Positions 39,276 to 50,745 of a DNA stretch of 64,000 nt are shown in pieces (positions within the stretch are counted from its first letter, which is position 1; every line of letters starts with the position of its first letter). The DNA is taken from NCBI GenBank assembly GCA_934148015.1, contig CAKPCU010000001.1:27148-91147 (forward strand). Direction: 5' to 3'. This DNA is from an uncultured Bacilli bacterium. Lineage in GTDB: Bacteria; Bacillota_I; Bacilli_A; RF39; UBA660. The notes under the pieces are model-generated. The model was not told the origin of the DNA and did no database searches. It saw nothing but the letters and a program-made list of their open reading frames with translations. The position numbers were made by a program, and so were the translations under genes.

Positions 39276-40227
39276 TCCTTTTAACTAACAAGTTTTGTAC
39301 TACAGTAAATAAACTTGAAGTTATCCAATATAAACCAATTGCTGTTGATAGTTGAAATGAACTAATAGTAATTACTATTATCATTACATTCATCATCATC
39401 TTAGTTGAAGCTGCAGCTGGATTTGAATCATCTGTTGCTTGTGTTCCATTTAATTTAAATGAGAAATAAGTTACTACTAATACAAGTATTGGTAATATAA
39501 TATAATATATTTTTCCACCAGTTAACGCAAATAATGGTGTAGTTCCAAGTTCTAAACCTAGGAACTTTCCTTCAAATATAGCTGGGGTTCTATTTATAGC
39601 TTCTAAAAATGCTATAAATAATGGTAATTGTATAAATGCAATTATACATCCAGAAAATAATGAAATATTATATTTTTTATATATTGCCATCATCTCTTGA
39701 CTTTTTTGCATCATAGCTTGTTGATCATTTGCTTTATTTTCATATTTTTTCTCTAACTTTTGTAACTCTGGTTGTGCTTTCTTTAAATTTTCAGATTGCA
39801 TAGCACTCTTCTTTGTTACTGGATATAATATTAATCTTATTATAATACCAACTAATATTACAGATAATCCAAAGTTCTTTACCAAATATCCTAATTTTAA
39901 TATTAACCATGCTAGAGGTTTAATAAATATATTATCCCATAAACCCTCTTTAGCTTTTATTATTGGTTTAAACTTAGAACATTCAACTAACTTATCTGTA
40001 TTAACTTTATTCTTTTTATAAATACTTACTAATTCCTTGTTAGTTGGTTTACAAATTATATTTTTTGTTAATGACTGTCCTGTTGCATTCTTACCCTTAT
40101 CATATCTTACTACAACCTTTGTTTTTTTACCCTTATCGTTCGTCTTTTCTGTAACTAATTGTTTAGTACAACCAGTTAATAAAAAGACCAGTAAAAAAAC
40201 TATTATTATTTTCTTTAGTTTTTTCAT
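39244..40227 (-). CDS. yidC: membrane protein insertase YidC/OxaA (SpoIIIJ-type lipoprotein)
   Basis: 327 aa; lipobox LLTGCTK, 5 TM core, conserved position downstream of rnpA. Confidence 0.9.
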   Translation of the reverse strand: MKKLKKIIIVFLLVFLLTGCTKQLVTEKTNDKGKKTKVVVRYDKGKNATGQSLTKNIICKPTNKELVSIYKKNKVNTDKLVECSKFKPIIKAKEGLWDNIFIKPLAWLILKLGYLVKNFGLSVILVGIIIRLILYPVTKKSAMQSENLKKAQPELQKLEKKYENKANDQQAMMQKSQEMMAIYKKYNISLFSGCIIAFIQLPLFIAFLEAINRTPAIFEGKFLGLELGTTPLFALTGGKIYYIILPILVLVVTYFSFKLNGTQATDDSNPAAASTKMMMNVMIIVITISSFQLSTAIGLYWITSSLFTVVQNLLVKRSGNNARIKKS

Positions 40228-40250
40228 TTGGTCCTCTCCTATCTTTATAA

Positions 40251-40565
40251 TTAGTTAAAAAGTTTAATTATCTCCTCTTTTAACTCTAAATACTCAGCAT
40301 CTTTTGCACTTTTCTTTAATACAATTATATAATCTTTGTTTAAAAATTGCAATGCACTTTTATCAATTATATCCTTTACTCTTCTTTTAAGTTTATTTCT
40401 AACAACTGCATTACCTGTTTTTTTAGAAACACATATTCCAAATCTATATTTATTTAAATTATTATCATACGTATACATATAAGCATATTTACAAGAAACT
40501 TGATTTCTTTTCTTAAATGCCCTATCAAAATCTTTTTTTTCTTTTACTATGTTTACTTTCTTCAT
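40251..40565 (-). CDS. rnpA: ribonuclease P protein component
   Basis: MKKVNIVKEKKDFDRAFKKRNQ..., RFGICVSKKTGNAVVRNKLKRR (RnpA basic RNR motif region). Track ORF has 10 extra upstream codons. Confidence 0.85.
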   Translation of the reverse strand: MKKVNIVKEKKDFDRAFKKRNQVSCKYAYMYTYDNNLNKYRFGICVSKKTGNAVVRNKLKRRVKDIIDKSALQFLNKDYIIVLKKSAKDAEYLELKEEIIKLFN

Positions 40566-40610
40566 ATGTGCTTCCTTTCTATAACAAAAAACCACTTAAC
40601 TCTAAGTGGA

Positions 40611-40730
40611 TTATGCTGATAATTTTTTACGTCCTTTTGCTCTTCTTTTATTTAATACACTATTACTAGTTGCAAAAAAACCATTTACCTTTTTCTTTTT
40701 ATGATTATTTGGTTGAAAAGTTCTTTTCAT
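40611..40730 (-). CDS. rpmH: 50S ribosomal protein L34 (not in ORF track)
   Basis: Minus-strand ATG at 40730: [39 protein letters not shown] (39 aa), about 5 residues shorter than typical L34 but with the conserved MKRTFQP...GRKKLS ends; immediately upstream of rnpA. Confidence 0.8.
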   Translation of the reverse strand: MKRTFQPNNHKKKKVNGFFATSNSVLNKRRAKGRKKLSA

Positions 40731-40893
40731 ATTTCCACCTCCACTTTTTCTTTGTCTTTTTAAACACGATTATTATAAGGGTTATTTTATCAATTGTCAA
40801 CCATTTTAATATACATGTTTATAATATATAACTGATTATAATACATTAACTTATCAACAATATAAGTTTTTTAAATATTTATAAGAAAAAAGT

Positions 40894-41110
40894 TATTAAC
40901 ATAGTTTTCCACAGGTTTAATATAAATATACTCTTATTTTGTTTAAAAATAAGGTTTTATTAACAGTCTGTGGATAACTTTAAATGTTTAAAGATTTTTT
41001 AATAAATAATTTTTTTGTGGAAAAGTGTATTTTTTTGTTTTTCTTTGTCAAATAAAGAAATTATTTGTGGATAACTATTGTGGAAAACTTTTTTTATTTC
41101 TTTATTTATT
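40894..41110. promoter_or_regulatory. oriC DnaA-box cluster upstream of dnaA
   Basis: Six boxes: perfect TGTGGATAA at 40958..40966 and 41055..41063; 8/9 matches TTTTCCACA 40894..40902, TGTGGAAAA 41005..41013 and 41068..41076, TTTTCCACA 41102..41110; in the rpmH-dnaA intergenic region. Confidence 0.75.
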
Positions 41111-41180
41111 GTTTTTCCACAATATTTTTGATAGAATATAAGTAAATAACTCTTGATTTATAGGGGGAAAGGAGGGTTTT

Positions 41181-42530
41181 ATGAATGTAGATAACTTGTG
41201 GAATAATTTTCTAGAACAAATTAAACCAAAGATATCTTCCTTATCATATGATACTTGGTTTAAAAATACCAAACTAGTATCACTTGATAATAATGTTGCT
41301 AAGATATTAGTTGATTCACCATTACAAAAGAAGAGTCTTCAAGAAACATGGTATCAAACAATATCTGATGTATTTAGTGAAATAACTAATACGAGCTTTG
41401 ATTTTGAATTTGTATTTGAAAATGAGATAACTACAAATACTAATATTAATGTGGAAAACTTAGGAGTACCTGCTAATACTCCAGAAAAATCAAATTTAAA
41501 TTCTAAATATACATTCGATTCATTCATAGTAGGGGATAGTAATAAATTTGCTTATATGGCTGCTGTTTCTGTTGCTGAAAATCCTGGTAAAACATATAAT
41601 CCTTTATTTTTATATGGTAACAGTGGACTAGGTAAAACACACCTTATGCACGCTATTGGTAATTTTATTATAGAAAATTCCAATAAAAAAGTTCTTTATG
41701 TAACAAGTGAAGGTTTTATATCAGACTTTCTTAATTTAAATAAGAAAGATGAGAAGGGTACTAACTTTGATTATATAGATAGCTTTAAAAATAAGTATAG
41801 GGGAGTTGATGTTCTAATTATTGATGATATTCAATTTTTAGGAGGTGCAACACAAACACAACAAGAATTCTTTAATACATTCAATAACTTATATGATGAT
41901 AATAAACAAATAATAATTTCATCAGATAGATCACCAGATGATTTAAAGAAACTTGAAGATAGACTAAGGACTAGATTTAATTGGGGACTTAGCGTTAATA
42001 TTTATCCACCAGATTATGAAATGAGGGTAGAGATATTAAGAAAAAAAATAATTGGTCAAAATATGACAAGTACAATAAGTGATGATGTTATAGCATACAT
42101 TGCAAATAATTGTGACTCAGATGTAAGACAATTAGAAGGTGCATTAACAAGAGTAATTGCATATGCAACTATGTTTAATGCTAGTGATATTAACATAAAT
42201 CTTGCAATTGATGCGTTAAAAGATTACTTATCTAAATCATCATTTACAAAAAATAATATTCAAAAAATACAGCAGGTAGTTTGTGAATATTACAATATAA
42301 CAATAGATGACTTAAAATCTAAGAAAAGAAAAGCTTCTATTACGTTTCCAAGGCAAGTAGCTATATATTTATGTAGAACTTTAACTGATGAATCACTACC
42401 TAAAATAGGTATTCAATTTGGTGGAAGAGATCATACAACAATAATGCATTCTGTGGATAAAATAAATAATGAAATTAAAACTAATCCACAGTTCAAACAA
42501 ATAATAGAAGCATTAAAAAGTAAAATATAG
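41181..42530 (+). CDS. dnaA: chromosomal replication initiator protein DnaA
   Basis: 449 aa; AAA+ Walker A GNSGLGKTHL, sensor motifs, C-terminal DNA-binding domain (...LPKIGIQFGGRDHTTIMHS...). Confidence 0.97.
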   Translation: MNVDNLWNNFLEQIKPKISSLSYDTWFKNTKLVSLDNNVAKILVDSPLQKKSLQETWYQTISDVFSEITNTSFDFEFVFENEITTNTNINVENLGVPANTPEKSNLNSKYTFDSFIVGDSNKFAYMAAVSVAENPGKTYNPLFLYGNSGLGKTHLMHAIGNFIIENSNKKVLYVTSEGFISDFLNLNKKDEKGTNFDYIDSFKNKYRGVDVLIIDDIQFLGGATQTQQEFFNTFNNLYDDNKQIIISSDRSPDDLKKLEDRLRTRFNWGLSVNIYPPDYEMRVEILRKKIIGQNMTSTISDDVIAYIANNCDSDVRQLEGALTRVIAYATMFNASDININLAIDALKDYLSKSSFTKNNIQKIQQVVCEYYNITIDDLKSKKRKASITFPRQVAIYLCRTLTDESLPKIGIQFGGRDHTTIMHSVDKINNEIKTNPQFKQIIEALKSKI

Positions 42531-42531
42531 T

Positions 42532-42660
42532 TGTGGATTATTATTTACTTTTCAACTTTTTATGTGGACAAAAAAAGCTTAAAAATCATTAAATAATAAA
42601 GGAATTTTTAAGATATCCACAATATCCACAGTAATAATAATAAAAATATATATAAATAAG
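42532..42660. promoter_or_regulatory. second DnaA-box cluster plus AT-rich unwinding element between dnaA and dnaN
   Basis: TGTGGATTA 42532..42540, TGTGGACAA 42563..42571, ATATCCACA 42613..42621 and 42622..42630 (each 8/9), then about 30 nt of A/T-only sequence 42631..42660. Confidence 0.6.
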
Positions 42661-42670
42661 GAGAATAAAT

Positions 42671-43792
42671 ATGAAATTTAGTATAAAAAAAGATATATTA
42701 CTTAAAAATTTAAATTCCGTTAGTAAAGCATTATCTAGTAAAAATCTAATACCTATATTATCTGGTATTAAGTTTGATTTAACTGATAATGGATTATTCT
42801 TAAGTGCAAGTGATAATGATATAAGTGTAGAAACATTTATAAAAAAGGATGAATTAGAAACTATTGATAGTGTAGGTAGTACTGTTGTAACAGGTAAGTA
42901 TATACTAGAAATAATTAGAAAATTAGAAGGAATGGTAGTTAACTTTGAATTATTAGATGGTATTAAAATATTAATATCTTGTGGAAATTCTGAGTTTAAC
43001 TTAAATTGTATGGATGCAAATGAATTTCCTAATTTAAATTTAGAAGAGAAAAAAGAACCAATAATAATTAGAAAAGATGATTTTAAAACTCTTATAAATA
43101 AAACTTCTTTTGCTGTATCAACTCAAGAAACAAGACCAATTTTAACTGGTATAAATTTTATTATAAAGGAAAATCTATTAGAATGTATTGCAACTGATTC
43201 ATATAGATTAGCTAAAAAACATCTAAATTTAGATGTAAAAGCACAGGAAGACATAAATATAGTTATACCTGGTAAAAACTTAATAGAATTAACAAAAATT
43301 TTAGAAGATAACGAAGCAAATATAGAAATGCATGTTTTCTCTAATAAAGTTTTATTTAAATATGATAATATCTTATTTCAAACAAGGGTATTAAGTGGTA
43401 ATTTTCCTGATGTAAATAGATTAATACCATCATCATTTGAATTATCTATTAAAACAAACACTAATGAACTATTTAATGTAATTGATAGAGCAGCTTTACT
43501 TACTAGTGAAAAAGATAAAAATATAATAAAATTTGAATGCATAGAAAATGAAGCTATCGTATCATCTAATTCACCAGAAATTGGTAAAGTAGAAGAAAAA
43601 ATAGAAATTGAAAAAGATAATGATAAAGAAATTAAAATAGCCTTTTCTTCTAAATATATGATGGATGCACTAAGAACTATAGAAAGTGATAAAGTAATAG
43701 TTAATTTTAATAATGATGTTAATCCTATAATAATATTAGATGAAGATGACAATACTTTATTACAACTTATTTTACCTATAAAAACATATTAA
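42671..43792 (+). CDS. dnaN: DNA polymerase III beta sliding clamp
   Basis: 373 aa, three-domain clamp, canonical position after dnaA. Confidence 0.95.
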   Translation: MKFSIKKDILLKNLNSVSKALSSKNLIPILSGIKFDLTDNGLFLSASDNDISVETFIKKDELETIDSVGSTVVTGKYILEIIRKLEGMVVNFELLDGIKILISCGNSEFNLNCMDANEFPNLNLEEKKEPIIIRKDDFKTLINKTSFAVSTQETRPILTGINFIIKENLLECIATDSYRLAKKHLNLDVKAQEDINIVIPGKNLIELTKILEDNEANIEMHVFSNKVLFKYDNILFQTRVLSGNFPDVNRLIPSSFELSIKTNTNELFNVIDRAALLTSEKDKNIIKFECIENEAIVSSNSPEIGKVEEKIEIEKDNDKEIKIAFSSKYMMDALRTIESDKVIVNFNNDVNPIIILDEDDNTLLQLILPIKTY

Positions 43793-43794
43793 AG

Positions 43795-43819
43795 TCACAA
43801 AATTGTGATTTTTTTTTAA
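43795..43819 (+). terminator. weak rho-independent terminator after dnaN
   Basis: TCACA-aaat-TGTGA hairpin followed by T9. Confidence 0.35.
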
Positions 43820-43886
43820 TTTCGACACTTTTCTTAAAAATATTATGGATAATATATGCAAATATTTAAAAAAGGAAGGGTTTTGA

Positions 43887-44333
43887 ATGAAAAAATATGA
43901 AATAAATAAAAATACGTTAGCAATTATTGCTATAACAAATGGATTTAGTAAAGTATATGAAAAGGATAAAACTTTGTATGTTTATTCACCAACTATAAAA
44001 ATAATAGATGATAGTTGTAAATTTTTTGGTAGTTCTTATTCTGGTAGATTTGAGGGTACTAAAAATCTTCTTAATGTTTCTTATAAATCTCCTATTATAA
44101 TAGAAGAACAAAATAAGATAATCTTTTTTCCAACAAAGTCTCCTAGGATTAGTAGTTGTTCTTGGATATCATTAAATAATATTGATTGTTATTATAGGGA
44201 AGATAAATTTACTGTGATAAAGTTTATTGGTGGAAGAAAAATAAAAATTAAATTATCATATGGAATAGTGGATAATCAGGTGCTTAGAGCAACAAGACTT
44301 GAATCAACTTTTAATAAAAGAGTAAATATTTGA
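43887..44333 (+). CDS. comK: ComK-family protein (competence transcription factor-like), C-terminally short
   Basis: 148 aa; IIDDSCKFFGSSYSGRFEGT...SPIIIEEQNKIIFFPTKSPRISSCSWIS...SYGIVDNQVLRATRLESTF aligns with B. subtilis ComK IVDRSCRFFGSSYAGRKAGT...PPIMVDPSNQIFLFPTLSSTRPQCGWIS...SYNSFENQVYRTAWLRTKF (recalled from memory). Confidence 0.6.
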   Translation: MKKYEINKNTLAIIAITNGFSKVYEKDKTLYVYSPTIKIIDDSCKFFGSSYSGRFEGTKNLLNVSYKSPIIIEEQNKIIFFPTKSPRISSCSWISLNNIDCYYREDKFTVIKFIGGRKIKIKLSYGIVDNQVLRATRLESTFNKRVNI

Positions 44334-44461
44334 TAAAAAACGTAAAAAATATATAAAAAAAACGGTCAAATAAGGCTCATTATGTGATATAATTAGTATG
44401 TATGTAGTAGTATACTAAAAATAGTTGTAGGTGGTTTATATGGGCTTAAAAATGGTAAATT

Positions 44462-45574
44462 ATGTTTTTAAAGAAACTTGAGTTAAATAATTTTAGAAAT
44501 ATAAAAAAAGTTTCATTTGATTTTAATAAAAATATTAATATATTTATAGGAAATAATGCCCAAGGAAAAACTAACATATTAGAAAGTATATATTTTCTTG
44601 CAATTACAAGATCTCATAGAACTCATAATGAACTTAATTTAATTAAGAATAATGAGCTATATACAAAAGTATCAGGCACTTATACTGATAATAGTGATGT
44701 TTTACACATGTTAACTATTTTATTAAATGAAAAAGGTAAAAAAGTATCAGTTGATAACATAATGCAAAAGAAAATAAGTAATTATTTATCAAGACTTAAT
44801 GTTATTATGTTTTGTCCAGATGATTTGGAAATAATTAAAGGAACACCATCTGTTAGAAGAAAATTTTTAAATATAGAACTTTCTCAGTTTAGAAATGATT
44901 ATGTAATATTATTAAAAGAATATAATTTAATTTTAAAACAAAGAAATGAGTATTTAAAACAAAAAAATAATGCTAAGTTTGATAAAAATTATTTTAGTAT
45001 ATTAACTGATGAAATTATCTTAAAAAACATTGATTTATTAAAAATAAGGTATGATTTCATTAATAAAATAAATGATTATTTAAAAATCACATTTAATAAA
45101 TTAACTAGTTTTGGTACTTTAGAAATAAAATATAAAAGTTTTATATCAGAAGATGATTTATATAAAGATGATGTAAAAAATATTATTAAAAATAAATATA
45201 ATTCAGTCTTCATGAATGAATTACTTCAAAAAACTACGTTAGTTGGTTGTCATAAAGATGATTTTAAAATGTTTTTAAATGATTTAGACGTAACAGAATT
45301 TTCATCACAAGGTCAGCAAAGATTGTCAATTCTTAGTTTAAAATTAGCAGAAATAGAAGTTTTTATAAAAGAAAAAAAGACAAAACCAATAATTTTACTT
45401 GATGATATATTTAGTGAACTTGATGAAATAAAGAAAAATAATATAATTAATTATTTTAAAGATGATATACAAATTTTTATTACTACTACTGATATTAAGG
45501 ACATAAATGATGTATTAAAGGAAAAATCAGATATTTATGTTGTAAATGATGGTAATATTTTGAAGGAGGAATAA
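44462..45574 (+). CDS. recF: DNA replication and repair protein RecF
   Basis: 370 aa; Walker A GNNAQGKTNILE, SMC-like signature SQGQQRLSILSLKLAE, Walker B ILLDDIFSELD. Confidence 0.9.
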   Translation: MFLKKLELNNFRNIKKVSFDFNKNINIFIGNNAQGKTNILESIYFLAITRSHRTHNELNLIKNNELYTKVSGTYTDNSDVLHMLTILLNEKGKKVSVDNIMQKKISNYLSRLNVIMFCPDDLEIIKGTPSVRRKFLNIELSQFRNDYVILLKEYNLILKQRNEYLKQKNNAKFDKNYFSILTDEIILKNIDLLKIRYDFINKINDYLKITFNKLTSFGTLEIKYKSFISEDDLYKDDVKNIIKNKYNSVFMNELLQKTTLVGCHKDDFKMFLNDLDVTEFSSQGQQRLSILSLKLAEIEVFIKEKKTKPIILLDDIFSELDEIKKNNIINYFKDDIQIFITTTDIKDINDVLKEKSDIYVVNDGNILKEE

Positions 45575-47506
<1,932 letters not shown>

Positions 47507-47517
47507 GAGGGTTTTAG

Positions 47518-50046
47518 ATGGAAGAAAATAAAGAAATAGAAAAGCAAGAAAAAAATGAATCAGAAGAGTATGGTGGAACATTTCATGAAAGAGATAGCCA
47601 TGCAAAAAATGATATTGTAAAAGAAATTTCAGATTCCTTTCTAGATTATTCAATGAGTGTTATAACATCTCGTGCAATTCCTGATTTAAGAGATGGATTA
47701 AAACCAGTTCATAGAAGAATATTATGGTCAATGTTTGAAGAAGGTAATACACCTGATAAACCTCATAAAAAATCAGCTACAACAGTTGGTTATGTTATGG
47801 GACATTATCATCCACATGGTGATTCATCAATATATGATGCAATGGTAAGATTAGCTCAAGATTTTAATCAAAGATATATGATGGTTGATGGTCATGGTAA
47901 CTTTGGTAATATTGAAGGTGATGGGGCAGCAGCATATCGTTATACTGAAGCTAGATTATCTAAAATATCACTTGAAATGCTTAGAGATATTAGAAAAAAT
48001 ACGGTAGATATGATGCCAAACTTTGATGAAACAAGCCCAGAACCAGTAGTTTTACCATCTAGAATTCCAAATGTGTTAGTTAATGGTTCAATGGGTATTG
48101 CTGTTGGTATGGCAACAAATATACCACCACATAATTTATCCGAAGTAATAGATGGATGTATCGCTTATATTGATAACCCAGAAATAGATACTTTAGGTCT
48201 TATGAATTATATAAAAGGTCCTGATTTTCCAACAGGTGGTATAATTCTTGGAAATTCTGGAATTAAGAAAGCCTACGAAACAGGTAGGGGTTCTATTACA
48301 ATAAGAAGTAGAGCATATATAGAAGAAAAAAACAATCATAGTCAAATAGTAATAACTGAAGTTCCTTATGGCGTTAATACTATGGAACTTAAAAATAAAG
48401 TTGCAGAACTTGTTCATAATAAAATAATAGATGGAATATCTGATTATCACACTGACTTAAAAGATGGTGTTAAAATTACAATAACATTAAAAAGAGATGC
48501 AAATCCACAAGTTGTATTAAACAATTTATATAAGCATACTAATTTTCAAACAAATTATGGAATAATTTTCTTAGTTATAGATAATGGAACACCAAAAACA
48601 TTAGGTTTAAAGTCAATAATATCAAAATATATTGACCATCAAAAAGAAGTCATAATTAGAAGAACTAAATTTGATTTAGAACAAGATGAAGCAAGAGTTC
48701 ACATATTAGAAGGTTTAAAAATTGCTTTAGATAATATAGATGAAGTTGTTAGTATAATAAGAAACTCTGATTCAGATGAAGATGCTCAAAATAAGTTAAT
48801 GAATAAGTTCAAATTATCTGAAATACAAGCTAAAAGCATTTTAGATATGAGATTAAAAAGATTAACAGGATTAGAAAGAGGAAAGATTGAATCAGAATTA
48901 AGTCAATTATTAGAAGAAATAGCAGAATTAAGATCTATACTTGCTTCTAATGAGAAAGTTATGAATATAATAAAAGAGGAAATGCTAGAAATTAAGAGAA
49001 AATATGGTGATGAAAGAAGAACTTCAATTGATATGACAGCTGTTGATTATATTGAAGATGAATCATTAATACCAGTTGAAGATATAGTAGTAGCATTAAC
49101 TCATAAAGGTTATATAAAGAGAATGCCAACAGATACTTATAAGCTTCAAAATAAAGGTGGAGTAGGTATTAAAGGAATGGCAACTAATGATGAAGACTTT
49201 GTTGAAATATTAAAGTCAGGCACTACTCATAATCATGTATTATTCTTTACTAATAAGGGCAAAGTATACAGAATAAAAGGATATGAAATACCTGAATTTT
49301 CAAGACAATCTAAAGGATTGCCAATAGTTAACTTACTTCCAATAGAAAAAGATGAAAAAATCAATAATATATTATTAGATAATGGTGATGAAAATAACAA
49401 ATATCTAGTAATAACAACAAAGTACGGATTAATTAAACGTACAAATGTTTGCGAATTTGAAAATATCAGAAAGAACGGTAAAATAGCAATAACATTAAGA
49501 GAAAATGATGAAGTATTATCTGTTCACTTTACTAATGGAAATGATGATGTTGTAATTGCTTCTAATAATGGAAGAATGATTAGATTCAATGAAAATGAAA
49601 TTAGAGTAATGGGAAGAAATGCAAGCGGTGTTAAAGGTATAGAATTATCAGGTGAATGTTATTGTGTTGGAGCTGAAATAGCAAAAGAAGGACAAGAAGT
49701 ATTAGTTGTTACTGAAAAAGGCTATGGAAAACGTACTGATATAAATGAATATAGATTAACTCATAGAGGAAGCAAAGGTGTAAAAACACTAAATATTACC
49801 GATAAGAACGGAACAATAGTTGCTTTTAAAACAGTAACTAACAATAAAGATTTAATGATAATTACTGACCAAGGTATCATTATTAGAATTTCTTTAGACA
49901 AAGTTTCGAAGATGAGTAGGGTAACTCAAGGAGTTAGATTAATGAATTTAAGAGAAGGACAAAAAGTAGCAACTGTTTCTATTGTTGAAAAAGATGAAGA
50001 GAGTTCTGAACTTAACGAAACTGATAATGTTAATGAAGAAGCTTAA
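47518..50046 (+). CDS. gyrA: DNA gyrase subunit A
   Basis: 842 aa; active-site Tyr region AAAYRYTEARL, GyrA box, C-terminal beta-pinwheel repeats. Confidence 0.97.
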   Translation: MEENKEIEKQEKNESEEYGGTFHERDSHAKNDIVKEISDSFLDYSMSVITSRAIPDLRDGLKPVHRRILWSMFEEGNTPDKPHKKSATTVGYVMGHYHPHGDSSIYDAMVRLAQDFNQRYMMVDGHGNFGNIEGDGAAAYRYTEARLSKISLEMLRDIRKNTVDMMPNFDETSPEPVVLPSRIPNVLVNGSMGIAVGMATNIPPHNLSEVIDGCIAYIDNPEIDTLGLMNYIKGPDFPTGGIILGNSGIKKAYETGRGSITIRSRAYIEEKNNHSQIVITEVPYGVNTMELKNKVAELVHNKIIDGISDYHTDLKDGVKITITLKRDANPQVVLNNLYKHTNFQTNYGIIFLVIDNGTPKTLGLKSIISKYIDHQKEVIIRRTKFDLEQDEARVHILEGLKIALDNIDEVVSIIRNSDSDEDAQNKLMNKFKLSEIQAKSILDMRLKRLTGLERGKIESELSQLLEEIAELRSILASNEKVMNIIKEEMLEIKRKYGDERRTSIDMTAVDYIEDESLIPVEDIVVALTHKGYIKRMPTDTYKLQNKGGVGIKGMATNDEDFVEILKSGTTHNHVLFFTNKGKVYRIKGYEIPEFSRQSKGLPIVNLLPIEKDEKINNILLDNGDENNKYLVITTKYGLIKRTNVCEFENIRKNGKIAITLRENDEVLSVHFTNGNDDVVIASNNGRMIRFNENEIRVMGRNASGVKGIELSGECYCVGAEIAKEGQEVLVVTEKGYGKRTDINEYRLTHRGSKGVKTLNITDKNGTIVAFKTVTNNKDLMIITDQGIIIRISLDKVSKMSRVTQGVRLMNLREGQKVATVSIVEKDEESSELNETDNVNEEA

Positions 50047-50063
50047 ATATAGGCTTCTTTTTT
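50035..50063 (+). terminator. possible terminator overlapping the gyrA stop codon
   Basis: Stem GAAGAAGC / GCTTCTTT with 10-nt loop (contains TAA stop), followed by TTT. Confidence 0.35.
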
Positions 50064-50064
50064 A

Positions 50065-50080
50065 TGTTTCACGTGAAACG
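50065..50080. promoter_or_regulatory. parS (ParB/Spo0J binding site), 15/16 match
   Basis: TGTTTCACGTGAAACG vs parS consensus TGTTNCACGTGAAACA. Confidence 0.6.
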
Positions 50081-50124
50081 TAGATAATAATACTTGATTA
50101 TTTAATAAATATATATTAAAATAC

Positions 50125-50205
50125 TATTGCACAACGGAAATGTTAGAACCAAGTCAGGATCGAGAGATAGCAGCTTTAATAACCTCTTTTCGTGTGTGCT
50201 TTTTA
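50125..50205 (+). ncRNA. ffs: small signal recognition particle RNA (4.5S/ffs-type)
   Basis: Contains SRP domain-IV core AAGUCAGGAUC-GAGA-GAUAGCAGC (cf. conserved GGUCAGGUCC-GGAA-GGAAGCAGC; CC..GG to UC..GA is compensatory, loop still GNRA). 5' GCACA pairs with 3' UGUGUGC, then UUUUUAUUU. Ends are approximate. Confidence 0.5.
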
Positions 50206-50211
50206 TTTGTA

Positions 50212-50227
50212 TGTTTCACGTGAAACA
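50212..50227. promoter_or_regulatory. parS (ParB/Spo0J binding site), perfect 16/16
   Basis: TGTTTCACGTGAAACA; embedded in the extended 18-bp palindrome ATGTTTCACGTGAAACAT, 8 nt upstream of the tadA ORF. Confidence 0.7.
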
Positions 50228-50246
50228 TTAGTATTTGAGGTTGAAT

Positions 50247-50654
50247 ATGCAAAAAAAATTTATGAATGAAGCATTAAAAGAAGCAAGAAAAGCTTACAAA
50301 AAAGATGAAGTTCCAATTGGGGCAATAATAGTTAAAGACAATGGAATAATTTCAAAAGCACATAATCTTGTAGAAACTAAAAAAGATGCAACTATGCATG
50401 CTGAAATAATAGCAATAAAAAAAGCATCAAAAAAAATAGGTAATTGGAGATTAAATGATTGTGAAATGTATGTTACTTTAGAGCCATGTTTAATGTGCCA
50501 AAAGGCAATAGAACTTTCAAGAATAAAAAAGGTGTATTTTAGTACATATAGAAAAAATGATGATAACAAATTAACATTGTATGAAAAATATGATTATTAT
50601 GAAACCTATACTACTAAAATAATACAAGATTTTTTTAATAATAAAAGAAGGTGA
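50247..50654 (+). CDS. tadA: tRNA-specific adenosine-34 deaminase
   Basis: MQKKFMNEALKEARKAY..., zinc motifs HAE and PCLMC. Track ORF starts 4 codons earlier. Confidence 0.85.
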   Translation: MQKKFMNEALKEARKAYKKDEVPIGAIIVKDNGIISKAHNLVETKKDATMHAEIIAIKKASKKIGNWRLNDCEMYVTLEPCLMCQKAIELSRIKKVYFSTYRKNDDNKLTLYEKYDYYETYTTKIIQDFFNNKRR

Positions 50655-50745
50655 TGTTATAACATTATAAGTTGTTATTAACATTGCTTTTTATTTTAAA
50701 ATATAATAAAAAATGGTATAATATTTTGAGAAAGGATGCAACTAT

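Noticed and set aside
43378-43752. 124-aa ORF antisense to dnaN
   Set aside because: Shadow ORF.
50294-50569. 91-aa ORF antisense to tadA
   Set aside because: Shadow ORF.
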